64,000 bases of DNA from an uncultured archaeon (GCA_964508365.1 CAZDTP010000001.1:1-64000); one strand, 5' to 3'. Shown: positions 10,214 through 20,562, counted from the stretch's first letter. Numbers and translations are program-made. Notes: generated by a model from the letters alone, not told the origin.

Positions 10214-12946
10214 TTAAACTAGATGTAATTTAGACAATAAATCTTCTAATTTATTACGATCTTCTTTATTATCCTCTTTGATTATTAATCTTTTCTGGTA
10301 GAAAATAATATTTCCATATTTAAGCTCTAATTCGTTGAATAACTTAACCCATCTATCGAAATTTGAGATTAAATCCATAACTTCAGGATCTTCCTCAAAT
10401 AACTTTATCTCTTCTTTATTTTCTGTAGAAAAAGACATAGATTTGTATTTTTTAAGCGTAAAACCCTGTTTTTGTAAAAGCGTTGAGTTAGCCTTACTCA
10501 CGAACGCTTCTAATCCGTTTCTCCAATGGATATATTTTTCGTTAATAATATCTATCCGTTCTTGGATCATTTTAATTTCTTGAGGAAAAATCGTTTCATC
10601 TTGCTTAGTCAAGATTTTTTTTATTTTTTCAAACTCAGTATTGAAAGTTTTAATATATTTTGTTATCATCTTTTCGAATTCGAATAAAATAATGTTGTAA
10701 TCCTGAGCGAAGATTACATCAGAACTAGCAAATGTTTGCGAGTCTTTATCAAAAGTACCTTTCAACAGATTTTTACTTATTAAATTATTAAAAATAGATG
10801 TTAAGACCTCTATATCCTTATCATCAAGAATTTTCCCGTAAAAAAAATCGCTAAAAGAAAACAAAAAACTATTTTCTAGCATCAAATTTTCTATTCCTTT
10901 TTCAGTGTAAAAGACTAGCTCTCCTTCCTGAATATGAAAGACCCCCTTAATTTTTTCATTATTTCGGAGCTCTTTTAACAAATCCTCAACAATACTAGAT
11001 GTTACATCGATATCTCCTAAGTGAATCAATTTCTCAGATTTAGATTTGTCGATTAACATCAATTTTATGTCATTTTTTGATTCTTCAATTTTTGCTTCGT
11101 TAAAAATGAGGAGTTCTCGTTTCTTAAAATAGTTTAAACCTAAACTATTAATAAATTCTAGAAATACCTCGTAAGTCATACCCGTTTTTTCAGTATATTC
11201 CTTGATGCTGATTAGCTCTTTTCCGAGTATTTCTTTACCAATAAGTTTTAAATTTTCGTCCAATTTTGTAAGAATACGGTTTTTCTCGATATTAAACTCA
11301 TCAACTAATAAATTTATTTCTCTTTGTTTATCTCTTTCTGATGGAATACTATTAATCTTATCTATTCTTTGGTTTAAAAACTTAGAAAAGTAGAATGTTT
11401 CTTTGTTATTATCATAAATCCCACTTCTAATATCAATAAATTGTTCCAAAATTTCAACTAATAGCTCTTTTCTTATCTTGTATTTTTCGGAAAGCTTTGG
11501 AATAGAATAGTAACCTAGCAACTTAGAGTTCTCAATTTCTTTTTTGATTTTAGATAATCCAACATTAGTAAGCCATTGCGTTCCTTTTCGGAAATTAGTT
11601 AAATATCCTTTTGGTAGATTTTTTATCAATTTTATGAAATCTCTTTCGGACAATAGATCTCTATATGTTTTCAGATCAATTGATGTATTTTTAGCCGCTT
11701 CTACATTAATTTGTTGCTGTATTTTTTTCAAGGAAAAATACGCGCTATCATTTTTTCCTAGCAAAAAAACTTGATTGGTTGAATTGGATATATCTTTAAT
11801 AATTCCACTAACAAAATCAGGAGGTAAATGATTGTATTTTTTTAAATTCACCATACCCTTTTCTTTAAATTTTCCAATCAATTCTGATTCTATGTTATTA
11901 TTGGTATAGAAATATCCCAATTTGGAATAGTACCCTCTGATATGACCTAAATCTATTAAAGCGTTTAAAAATAATCTAAGCTCTTGTTCTGTATCAATGA
12001 TGTGAGAAAATATCTTAAGTAATTGTTTCTTCTGCAAATTTTCCTTTTTTAGAAACAAACTTTCCAATTTTTCTTTTTCCAGTTCATAAATATGAATTTG
12101 TTTTTCTTGGGTTTTAACATAAAAATAAATTTTAAAGTCTTTTTGGCTTATACTCTTTAAATTATGTAAGAACTCCTTTGGTTTTCCTTCAATTTTAGCA
12201 GATTGCGTTAAAAAAATATGTCTTTTTATGAGAAATGTGTTTTGAATCTCATTAATAAGCTCTTTTTTATCCAATTCTTCTGTTTTTAAGTCAATTAAAG
12301 ATGGAAAAACATTTTTTACAAAGGATAGTAATTCAGAGTATGTTTTTGTTTGTTCTCTACTATAAAACTTGTTAATTAATGATATGATAATCGTTCGTAA
12401 ATCGTATAAATTCTCAAAACTATAATCGAGACATTTATTTAAGAGTTGGATTAAAGCTACTAAATTTTCTTCGTTATCTTCAACGCTAAGAGCATCTATT
12501 AAATCACTTTTATAATTACAAATTAATTTAGAGTGTTCTGTTGCAACTTCATGTAAAAAATAATGTATATTATCCCGAACATCTCTGTCATCATCATTCA
12601 GATTTGCCATAAAATCTGGTAAATAAGTCTCAATGTCATTTTTACTTGAAAGCATCACGAATCCTATGATTATGAGAGCATTCACTTTTGTTATGGAATT
12701 ATCTGAATGAGTTAAATTCTCTATATTCTTTAAAATTTCTTTCCCTATTAGTGTGGAATCTTGTTCTGCTAAAATGCTTAGAATATAAGTTATTTGGATT
12801 TCGTATTCTTGCTGTTCTAATAAATTATTAAGTTGTTCAACGATAAGCTTTACTTTTTCAGTCTTATTTTTTTCGAGTAACTTATTGAGTTTCTCAACTA
12901 GGGAATAAAGAACTTGGTCTTTTTCAAACTCTTCCAAATTAAACAT
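10214..12946 (-). CDS. Large protein: N-terminal HEAT/ARM-like helices, tandem winged-helix array, helical C-terminus
   Basis: ORF track gives 12997, which overlaps the HAD gene; ATG at 12946 (MFNLEE) removes the overlap. HEAT-like segments (DDDRDVRDNIHYFL) and ~7 repeats ending G..[FY]...[FYW][TS]. Confidence 0.75.
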   Translation of the reverse strand: MFNLEEFEKDQVLYSLVEKLNKLLEKNKTEKVKLIVEQLNNLLEQQEYEIQITYILSILAEQDSTLIGKEILKNIENLTHSDNSITKVNALIIIGFVMLSSKNDIETYLPDFMANLNDDDRDVRDNIHYFLHEVATEHSKLICNYKSDLIDALSVEDNEENLVALIQLLNKCLDYSFENLYDLRTIIISLINKFYSREQTKTYSELLSFVKNVFPSLIDLKTEELDKKELINEIQNTFLIKRHIFLTQSAKIEGKPKEFLHNLKSISQKDFKIYFYVKTQEKQIHIYELEKEKLESLFLKKENLQKKQLLKIFSHIIDTEQELRLFLNALIDLGHIRGYYSKLGYFYTNNNIESELIGKFKEKGMVNLKKYNHLPPDFVSGIIKDISNSTNQVFLLGKNDSAYFSLKKIQQQINVEAAKNTSIDLKTYRDLLSERDFIKLIKNLPKGYLTNFRKGTQWLTNVGLSKIKKEIENSKLLGYYSIPKLSEKYKIRKELLVEILEQFIDIRSGIYDNNKETFYFSKFLNQRIDKINSIPSERDKQREINLLVDEFNIEKNRILTKLDENLKLIGKEILGKELISIKEYTEKTGMTYEVFLEFINSLGLNYFKKRELLIFNEAKIEESKNDIKLMLIDKSKSEKLIHLGDIDVTSSIVEDLLKELRNNEKIKGVFHIQEGELVFYTEKGIENLMLENSFLFSFSDFFYGKILDDKDIEVLTSIFNNLISKNLLKGTFDKDSQTFASSDVIFAQDYNIILFEFEKMITKYIKTFNTEFEKIKKILTKQDETIFPQEIKMIQERIDIINEKYIHWRNGLEAFVSKANSTLLQKQGFTLKKYKSMSFSTENKEEIKLFEEDPEVMDLISNFDRWVKLFNELELKYGNIIFYQKRLIIKEDNKEDRNKLEDLLSKLHLV

Positions 12947-12965
12947 TATTAACGATGTATAATGT

Positions 12966-13691
12966 TTAATCCAATAATAATTTTTTGAAAGGGCCAATCT
13001 CTAATATATCCTCAATATCCCGAAGGATTATTGTTGGATTTACTTTTTCCAAGCTCAATTTAGTACCATGACCAGAAAGTAGCGCAATACTCTTAACTCC
13101 TGCGTTTTTTGCACACTCGATATCCGTAGGAAGGTCTCCGATTAGATAGACATTATTTTTGTCAATTGGAGTTCCTAATGTCTGCTTAAGTTGCTTTAAT
13201 GCTTTAAAAATAGGGTAAGCGTGAGGTTTCCTTATAGCTGTATCGTCGCGGGAAATATAAACAGAAAAATACTTATCTAAGCTTAGTCTATTTCTAAATA
13301 TATTTAGCCGTTCACCGCTTGTATTTGACACAATCCCAAATTTAACACCACATTTTTGTAAATCGGTTAAAACTTCTCTCAATTTTGGTTTCAAAGTTTC
13401 GTACTTCTCAAATTTAGGATACATCCTCCTAAACCTTACAAAAAATAAAACTCTCTTCCATCTACTCGGAATGTAATTCTTAAATACTCTATATATATTG
13501 ATAAAAGCCTTAATTTTGTTCTTTGAGTCAGCTTCCTCAAAAAGTCGTGCTATATCAATTAATCTTAGAGATTCCGTATTTCTCCAGTTATAAAACTTTT
13601 TTTTTAAGTGAACTAAAGCAGCATACTCAAGAGATTTTTGAGTGATCACGCAACCATCGAAATCGAACAATAAAATTGGGGGATGTACCAT
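12966..13691 (-). CDS. HAD-family hydrolase (phosphoglycolate phosphatase-like)
   Basis: DFDG motif I, SNT motif II, KP motif III, GDLPTD motif IV; ATG at 13691 preferred. Confidence 0.9.
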   Translation of the reverse strand: MVHPPILLFDFDGCVITQKSLEYAALVHLKKKFYNWRNTESLRLIDIARLFEEADSKNKIKAFINIYRVFKNYIPSRWKRVLFFVRFRRMYPKFEKYETLKPKLREVLTDLQKCGVKFGIVSNTSGERLNIFRNRLSLDKYFSVYISRDDTAIRKPHAYPIFKALKQLKQTLGTPIDKNNVYLIGDLPTDIECAKNAGVKSIALLSGHGTKLSLEKVNPTIILRDIEDILEIGPFKKLLLD

Positions 13692-13778
13692 ATGTAATAA
13701 GGAGAATATAGCCAAATTCTTAAATCTAATGATAATTCAAAAAAAATAAAAAAAAGTTTTTTAACTTATATTATTTTA

Positions 13779-14450
13779 CTATGATCCGTCTATTTCATCA
13801 GGTTCTACTGAGACATAGCTTAATAAATTGTCAATCTGCTTCTGTTTCTTATTTATGTTAAGCACAGTTGGTAAATTTATCACATCGCCATGGCCTGGCA
13901 TGAGCGTAATTGAGCCTGCACGTAAAATAAAGAACTCAAACACATCTGGGATTTCCTTTTTGATTCTTAGGCTTTTAGTGGGAATTCTTTCTGCGCTTGA
14001 GAAGACTCCGCTCTTATGATAAATTTCGTTTCTTTCAATTTTCCAGTAATCAAATCTAGATCCAATAAAAACGAGTCCGAGAATTAACGCCATTATTAGA
14101 GCAACTACTAAATAGAATTCTGCGGTTAAACCTGGATTAAAGGTTCCTCCTCCAAGACCAGCAAACAATCCTGGTACTAGAAAAACTAGAAGTATAACTA
14201 CAACAACAACAACGAGAATTAAAATGAAAAATTTCGTACTGTTAAAATCGAAAGCAACGATAAACATATTTATAAAAAACACAATTAACCAGAAATTACC
14301 GTACCAAGCGACAGGTGTTGGGTTAATCAATTGTAAAAGCCATAATACAAACGAAACGAGGGCCATAGGCCAGAAAAATATAACTTTTGGGTATGATCTT
14401 AAAAAAATTTCGGTTACTGGTTTAGTTGGTTTGTCAGTCATTTTATTCAC
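13779..14450 (-). CDS. Membrane protein (~4 TM) with C-terminal soluble PH-like domain
   Basis: Four hydrophobic stretches followed by a bPH-like beta-rich tail (G.I.L.P). Confidence 0.7.
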   Translation of the reverse strand: MNKMTDKPTKPVTEIFLRSYPKVIFFWPMALVSFVLWLLQLINPTPVAWYGNFWLIVFFINMFIVAFDFNSTKFFILILVVVVVVILLVFLVPGLFAGLGGGTFNPGLTAEFYLVVALIMALILGLVFIGSRFDYWKIERNEIYHKSGVFSSAERIPTKSLRIKKEIPDVFEFFILRAGSITLMPGHGDVINLPTVLNINKKQKQIDNLLSYVSVEPDEIDGS

Positions 14451-14615
14451 AACATTTAATTCGATTTTTTTTTTTAATTTAAAATAAAGTGATTAACTTC
14501 AATATAGAATTTTAGGTTAAAAAATATTCTTATCAATTAAATATTAAATAATTAAAGAAATATCGTTCTATGGATTCCTTACTTTATGAAGTAAATGTGT
14601 GTAGTTAATGAAAGA

Positions 14616-15368
14616 TTAGAAAAAGCTTTTTATTGATTGAATCATCTTATAAGAATAATCTATTTGCTGATTACCGTTATCGCTTATCCCCATATGCCCT
14701 GGAAGTAGATATTTAACATCTAAATCATTTACAAACTTAATTGAATTGATTAGAGAATCTAAGGATCCCCCAGGGAAATCGTATCTTCCAAAACTCCCAC
14801 CGGTAAATACTAAATCTCCGGGAATCAAAATTTTTTTAGTTTCCTCGTAATAACAAACTGAACCATGGGAGTGTCCTGGTGTATGATATACTTTAAAGGT
14901 AAAATCTGACCCAATTCGAATAAGTTCATCTAATTTCAAATCAATTACATCTAATGGTATAATTTTTAAACCAAACATTTCAGGACTAATTCCAAGGTTA
15001 CCCGGAAAAATTTTTGATTCGTCCCCTTCTCTTAATATTTTCGTCGTTTCTCCAAAAGCATGTATAGTAGGCGGATTTTTTTTTAATAATTCAATTAATG
15101 GGTAAAGGCCAAGAACGTGATCCACGTGTTCGTGAGTTAGGAAAACATTCGTTATTTTTTGATAATGTAAACCTAAATTTCCCATTCCATCAAATAATCC
15201 TTTTAAACTAAGTCCATTACCAGAATCAAAGAGTGTCAATTCCTCCGTATCGTTGTCAACTAGTATAAACTGATTGCAATCTAACATAGGGGATTCTTCG
15301 AAATAATAGACATTTTTAATAACACTTCTGCCTAATTTTACAGAGCTTTTAGAATCAGGAAAAAACAT
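14616..15368 (-). CDS. MBL-fold metallo-hydrolase
   Basis: THEHVDH, HTPGHS, GDL, LPGH motifs. Confidence 0.92.
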   Translation of the reverse strand: MFFPDSKSSVKLGRSVIKNVYYFEESPMLDCNQFILVDNDTEELTLFDSGNGLSLKGLFDGMGNLGLHYQKITNVFLTHEHVDHVLGLYPLIELLKKNPPTIHAFGETTKILREGDESKIFPGNLGISPEMFGLKIIPLDVIDLKLDELIRIGSDFTFKVYHTPGHSHGSVCYYEETKKILIPGDLVFTGGSFGRYDFPGGSLDSLINSIKFVNDLDVKYLLPGHMGISDNGNQQIDYSYKMIQSIKSFF

Positions 15369-15474
15369 ATTTATTCAGTGTAATTATTTTATACAAAAAA
15401 AAGCCTCTTAACTTTAATGTTTTTCTCTTTACTCTTATAAAAACAATTAAAATTGAGAAAATCAATTAAATAAT

Positions 15475-15897
15475 ATGGAAAAGCATTCTAGCGAAAATTT
15501 GAAGGAAGAACCTAATATTGAAAATTTGAAGAAGAAAGTTGGATTTGGAATCAAATTTTGGTTAGAATTTCAAGATAACCCGCGTGAAAATATTCTAGGC
15601 TCTGGATGGGCAAATCTTCTTGAAAGTATTTATATAACAAATAATAACGAACCAAAGTCTTTGACTCAAGCAGCGAAAGAATGCGGATATTCATACAAAT
15701 ATGCGTGGAATATTTTAAACAAGATAAAGGAGAGAACTGGGAAATCACCAGTAGAAACTAAAAAAGGAGGTACTGGAGGCGGGGGGTGGGTCAAACTGAA
15801 TAAGTGGGGGATATATTTGTTAAATACATATAAAAAACTCTTGATTGAATTACAAGAAGTCGAGAAGAAACTCGAAAAAACCTTTAAAATTGATTAA
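15475..15897 (+). CDS. ModE-like winged-helix transcriptional regulator (stand-alone N-terminal domain)
   Basis: LLESI..SLTQAAKECGYSYKYAW..L..I and KGG.GGG wing motif. Confidence 0.85.
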   Translation: MEKHSSENLKEEPNIENLKKKVGFGIKFWLEFQDNPRENILGSGWANLLESIYITNNNEPKSLTQAAKECGYSYKYAWNILNKIKERTGKSPVETKKGGTGGGGWVKLNKWGIYLLNTYKKLLIELQEVEKKLEKTFKID

Positions 15898-16162
15898 GAA
15901 GAATAATTTATCTTTATAATCGAGTTCCACAACACAGTAAATTCTTGTCAATTGAAGTTGTTACGAGACAACAATCATCGAAGGAGTATTTAAATAACTA
16001 TAAGATTAAATAAACATCTAATATAATATTCTAATTATCCGTCCTCTTTAGGAAAAATTATTTAATTAAAGAAAATCATTTTATTATATTATTGTACTAA
16101 TACTTAAATTTAGATATTTATATAGAAGAACATAGCATTTTAAAATTTACAATTGATTACAT

Positions 16163-17689
16163 ATGGCAATACCTCTTCCCGGAACACCAATTATTGTAGA
16201 CATTGGTTCAGCTTATTCTAAAATAGGATTCGCAGGAGAACCAAGTCCAAGATTTGTATTCCCAACAATAACTGGAACTGAAAAATATAAAGCAGTAATG
16301 GTTGATGTAGGAGCTCGCAATATCTATGTTGGTTCAGACGCTTCAAAAATGCGAGGTGTTCTGAAAATTAAACATCCAATAGATAGGGGTGCGATTTTGG
16401 ATTGGAACGATTACTATGAAATTTTGAATTACATATTCTATTCACTTCTACGAATTGAAAATCTATCTAATTATCCGGTGTTATATACTGAACCCCCGTT
16501 TTTACCCCAAGAAACTAAAGAATATATTGCTCGCGTTTTGTACGAAACGCATAAAGTAAGAAGTTTAATAATGATTCCAACACCTGTATTATCCTTATTC
16601 AGCGTAGGATTAACAACTGGAATTGTGATAGAGAGTGGCGATGGTACATCGTGGATATGCCCGATTATAAGTGGGGAGATTGTAGAACAATCCGTACAAA
16701 AATTAACATTAGCGGGAACAGATGTTAATCAACATCTAAAGAATTTATTAATGCGAGAGGGAATAAATATAGAGTCGAGTGCAGTAGATGAGATTATTAA
16801 AAACATAAAAGAGCAGAACTGTTTTTTTGCATTAGATCCTGAAAACCCTCCTAATTTAGATGACAACTTTATCTTCACTATGCCAGATGGATCAAATATT
16901 AGTATTCCTAATTACATATTTCATGAAGCTCCCGAAGTATTATTCAAACCAAATTTATTAGGTTATAACATTTTAAATATTCCACAAGCGGTAATTAATA
17001 GTGTTAAAAGCATTGACAAGTATTACTGGAGCGATCTTTTGTCTCATATTATGCTTTCGGGTGGAAATCTATCCTATTCTGGCTTCGAAGAACGATTACG
17101 AACAGAGCTAGTTCAATTAGTCCCTCAACTAGGAAAAATACCAAAACCAAAAATAATAAAACCCTCTAAAAACGAAAAGCAAAAAATGAAATTAAAAGAA
17201 AGAAGTATAAAGAAAGAAGATACATGCCCTCATTGTGGAATTTTTGTAGATTTAACTGACGGTAAAGAATTTTGTCCTGTTTGTAACGGGAGAATTGTCT
17301 TGCCAGAACTTACAATTGGCAGCACTAGATTACCTAAGAATCCTAAATTGGATAATGGTAATTTACTCTGTCCTAATTGTAAGAAGTTAATAGAAGATGC
17401 ATCATCTGTATTTTGTCCTTATTGTGGGGCAAGTTTTCAATTGAAACCATTACCAGAGATACCGCCTGAAATAGTAAAACAACCTCCTCCTGCAGTGGAA
17501 TTTTCTGGATTTTATGAGTCTTCTGATGAAGTTTTAAAGTTTTATGTTCCCGAAAATCTGCAATTTGCGATTTTTAATGGTGCTAGTATTCTTGGATCAC
17601 TCCCTTCGTTTCAAAGTTTATTTGTTAGCTATGAAGAATTTAAAACCAATAGTGCTGCTTTGTACAAAAATATAAGTGAAATATTTTAG
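16163..17689 (+). CDS. Actin-family (actin-related) protein with zinc-ribbon insertion
   Basis: DIGSAYSKIGFAGEPSPRFVFP (P1 loop), HPIDRG, TEPP, ESGDG (P2 loop), LSGG, GASILGSL, EEF; insertion with CPHC/CPVC/CPNC/CPYC. Confidence 0.93.
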   Translation: MAIPLPGTPIIVDIGSAYSKIGFAGEPSPRFVFPTITGTEKYKAVMVDVGARNIYVGSDASKMRGVLKIKHPIDRGAILDWNDYYEILNYIFYSLLRIENLSNYPVLYTEPPFLPQETKEYIARVLYETHKVRSLIMIPTPVLSLFSVGLTTGIVIESGDGTSWICPIISGEIVEQSVQKLTLAGTDVNQHLKNLLMREGINIESSAVDEIIKNIKEQNCFFALDPENPPNLDDNFIFTMPDGSNISIPNYIFHEAPEVLFKPNLLGYNILNIPQAVINSVKSIDKYYWSDLLSHIMLSGGNLSYSGFEERLRTELVQLVPQLGKIPKPKIIKPSKNEKQKMKLKERSIKKEDTCPHCGIFVDLTDGKEFCPVCNGRIVLPELTIGSTRLPKNPKLDNGNLLCPNCKKLIEDASSVFCPYCGASFQLKPLPEIPPEIVKQPPPAVEFSGFYESSDEVLKFYVPENLQFAIFNGASILGSLPSFQSLFVSYEEFKTNSAALYKNISEIF

Positions 17690-17824
17690 CAGTAATATTT
17701 AGCTTTCATATTTTTAATTTTATCTTAATTTGCATAATAATCCAACTATAAACTCAAAATATCGTTAATTTTTAATTACAAGTTAAATTTTAAAAATTAA
17801 ATTTAGTTAAAACCAGATTGGGGT

Positions 17825-18946
17825 TTGTATTTATTGAAAAACAAACATCGGAAATTATCATTAGGACTATTACTCATTATTACTTTTCTTTGTAGTATTA
17901 CCCCTGTAGCTTTAGCGAAAACCCGGCAGAACCACTTAATTGATTTTCTTTACGATAACCGGAATACCGATGGTACTTTTGGCATTGCTTATCAAGATAC
18001 AGCATATGCTATAGAAATTATAGATTATTTCAATGCATATTCTGTGGAAGTCTTATTTGAGGAAACTAAAAGTGTAGATATCGCAACATTAAAAGAATTT
18101 CTGATAGATCAGATACAAATAATGTTTGATGTTGAAAGTATTGATTTGTACAAGTTATTATATTATCTAGACACTCTTAACAGAATGGAGTCTCTAGAAA
18201 CATCTTTAGGTTCAAGTCTACACAATGATATTCATCGATATTTAAACGAAACGATTCAAATTGGGGGTGGATTTGGTCCCACAAATACATCAACGACAGC
18301 AAATATGGTTTCAACTTTCTTCGTATATAACATATACGCCATAATGAAAGAACCAGTTGTAAACCAAACAGTTCATAAATCCTGGGTTTTGTCATGTAAT
18401 AATACTGATGGAGGTTATGGCGGAGATCAATCTTTATCTTCTACAATAATCACGACTTATTTTGCCGTTTATCTTGTCAATGAATTAGGAAATGTAAATG
18501 ATCTTGTCAACAAATCTAAAACTCTAAAATATTTTGAATCTTTTTACATTGATGATCCAGATAACATTGGAAATTTTGGGGGATATTTACCAGATTTTCT
18601 CGCCGATAATACTTTGTTAACTAGTACTTTTTACTGTGTTAAAGGCATTGAGCTAATAGATGAAAATGAATTACATGGAATTAATACGGTAAACTGGGTT
18701 TTGAATCACCAAAACTTTCTCGATGGTGGCTTTGGTGATTGGGTTGAAGGAAACGATCAGAGAACTTCATCAGTCAGTACATCTTTTTACGCATTTAAAC
18801 TCTTAGAGACTTTTAATTCGTTAGAAGATTTAAATGAAGATGTTTTCACCGTTGAATTTAGCTACTTAATGTTGATAATAATTCCTTCAATTATTGGAGT
18901 TATTATAGCAATAATCTATTTTTTGATTCGACGGAGAAGAATATAA
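17825..18946 (+). CDS. Secreted/membrane-anchored prenyltransferase/squalene-cyclase-repeat (alpha/alpha barrel) protein
   Basis: N-terminal signal-like segment; repeated N.DGG[FY]G......S....T[FY].A motifs; C-terminal TM followed by RRRR. Confidence 0.8.
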   Translation: MYLLKNKHRKLSLGLLLIITFLCSITPVALAKTRQNHLIDFLYDNRNTDGTFGIAYQDTAYAIEIIDYFNAYSVEVLFEETKSVDIATLKEFLIDQIQIMFDVESIDLYKLLYYLDTLNRMESLETSLGSSLHNDIHRYLNETIQIGGGFGPTNTSTTANMVSTFFVYNIYAIMKEPVVNQTVHKSWVLSCNNTDGGYGGDQSLSSTIITTYFAVYLVNELGNVNDLVNKSKTLKYFESFYIDDPDNIGNFGGYLPDFLADNTLLTSTFYCVKGIELIDENELHGINTVNWVLNHQNFLDGGFGDWVEGNDQRTSSVSTSFYAFKLLETFNSLEDLNEDVFTVEFSYLMLIIIPSIIGVIIAIIYFLIRRRRI

Positions 18947-19060
18947 ACCTTCTCTAACATTTTAATAAGCTTATAATAATAATTATTTATTTGTTTGAAT
19001 ATCTAAATTAAATTATATTTAGTCTAATTTATCTTTCAATCAAAAATATCAAGAAATATT

Positions 19061-19915
19061 ATGGGAAAAGTATTAGACGGTAAGGCATTAGCAGACAGAC
19101 TGAATTCAGAATTAAAAACCAAAATTAATTTGGAATATCAAAGTACGGGTATTAGGCCAAAATTAGCTGCAATATTAGTAGGAGACGATTCCGCATCAAA
19201 ATTATATATAAATCTTAAAAGAAAGACTTGTGCTGAAATCGGGATCGACTCAACTTTAGTTAAGTTAACCAGGGAAGTTACAAATACAGAACTATTTACA
19301 AAAATTAGTGAGTTAAACAATGACACAACCGTTCATGGGATTATTTTACAATTACCCTTACCTGTAAAGTTTAAAACCTTTACTCTTGAATTCATTGAAA
19401 AAATCGATCCACTTAAAGATGTGGATGGTCTACATCCAATCAATAAAGGAAAATTATTCGATTACAACGAGGAATTCGCCCCCGCTACACCTAAAGGTAT
19501 AATTACACTTCTTGAATATTATAATGTAGAATTAAAGGGAAAGCATGTTGTGATTATTAACCGATCAAATTTAGTGGGAAAACCCCTAATATTCATGTTT
19601 TTAAAAAGGAATGCAACGGTAACAATATGCCACACTTCGACATCAGATTTAGAGGGTCATATTAAAAAAGCGGATATTTTAGTAGTAGCTATTGGTCAAC
19701 CTGATTTCATAACCAAAGACAAAATTAAGGAAGGCGTTGTAATTATTGATGTAGGCACAAGTAGAGTAAATGGAAAAACTCGAGGAGATGTTAAGTTCGA
19801 GGATGTTTTTGAGATGTGTTCATGGATAACTCCAAATCCCGGTGGAGTGGGGCCTATGACAGTTAGTTTTCTACTTCAAAACACCTATAACGCCTATAAA
19901 CGCCAAATTAGGTAA
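19061..19915 (+). CDS. folD: Methylenetetrahydrofolate dehydrogenase/cyclohydrolase
   Basis: LDGKALA, LQLPLP, KDVDGLHP, RSNLVGKP, PGGVGPMT motifs. Confidence 0.96.
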   Translation: MGKVLDGKALADRLNSELKTKINLEYQSTGIRPKLAAILVGDDSASKLYINLKRKTCAEIGIDSTLVKLTREVTNTELFTKISELNNDTTVHGIILQLPLPVKFKTFTLEFIEKIDPLKDVDGLHPINKGKLFDYNEEFAPATPKGIITLLEYYNVELKGKHVVIINRSNLVGKPLIFMFLKRNATVTICHTSTSDLEGHIKKADILVVAIGQPDFITKDKIKEGVVIIDVGTSRVNGKTRGDVKFEDVFEMCSWITPNPGGVGPMTVSFLLQNTYNAYKRQIR

Positions 19916-20082
19916 TAACATCTGTTAACAAATCATCTTGTATTTTGATAAGAAATTAAAACAAAAATGATTTCAAATTTTCGATTCGTTTTACAATGTT
20001 AAATTATTAATATACTTACAACCTAATAAGGTTAGGATTAAATTTTAACCCAATTTAACACATAGAATATAATTGCTTTAAA

Positions 20083-20538
20083 ATGGCTATTCTGGAGCTT
20101 GGTATAAATTTAGGTGTAAGGAACATATTAAACAAAAAATATTATGATTCCGATACAGGCGTAGGATTAGATCCAGAATTAAGAGCCGGATTCCTCTCTG
20201 CTCTCGAAAGTTTCACATCTGAGGTTTTTGGAGATGATATAAATGTGATTTCCTTAGCCTCTTTTAAACTAGTTTGTTATTGTGATTTAGTTGCTTTACC
20301 AAACGATGAAACCAATAAGCAACCATTAATATCTTTTGCTATAACCGAGAAAAAAACAGAGTCCGAAGTAGTTAAAAAGCATTTAAAAGAAATAAATTCA
20401 CGTTTTCTTAATAGATATTCTCTTAATGATATTTTTACAAAAAAGGAAAAGTTCTTTAAAGAATTTGAAGAAAGAGTTGATAATATCATAGGAGATTTGA
20501 GATTAAAAACAGAAGATAGGTTTCGCTCCATATTCTAA
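20083..20538 (+). CDS. Longin/roadblock-like domain protein
   Basis: GFLSALESFTSEV helix then beta strands and a C-terminal F..RF...F helix, typical of Asgard longin-like folds (visual match only). Confidence 0.65.
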   Translation: MAILELGINLGVRNILNKKYYDSDTGVGLDPELRAGFLSALESFTSEVFGDDINVISLASFKLVCYCDLVALPNDETNKQPLISFAITEKKTESEVVKKHLKEINSRFLNRYSLNDIFTKKEKFFKEFEERVDNIIGDLRLKTEDRFRSIF

Positions 20539-20562
20539 TTTTTTCTTTAGGGGGCATTTTTT

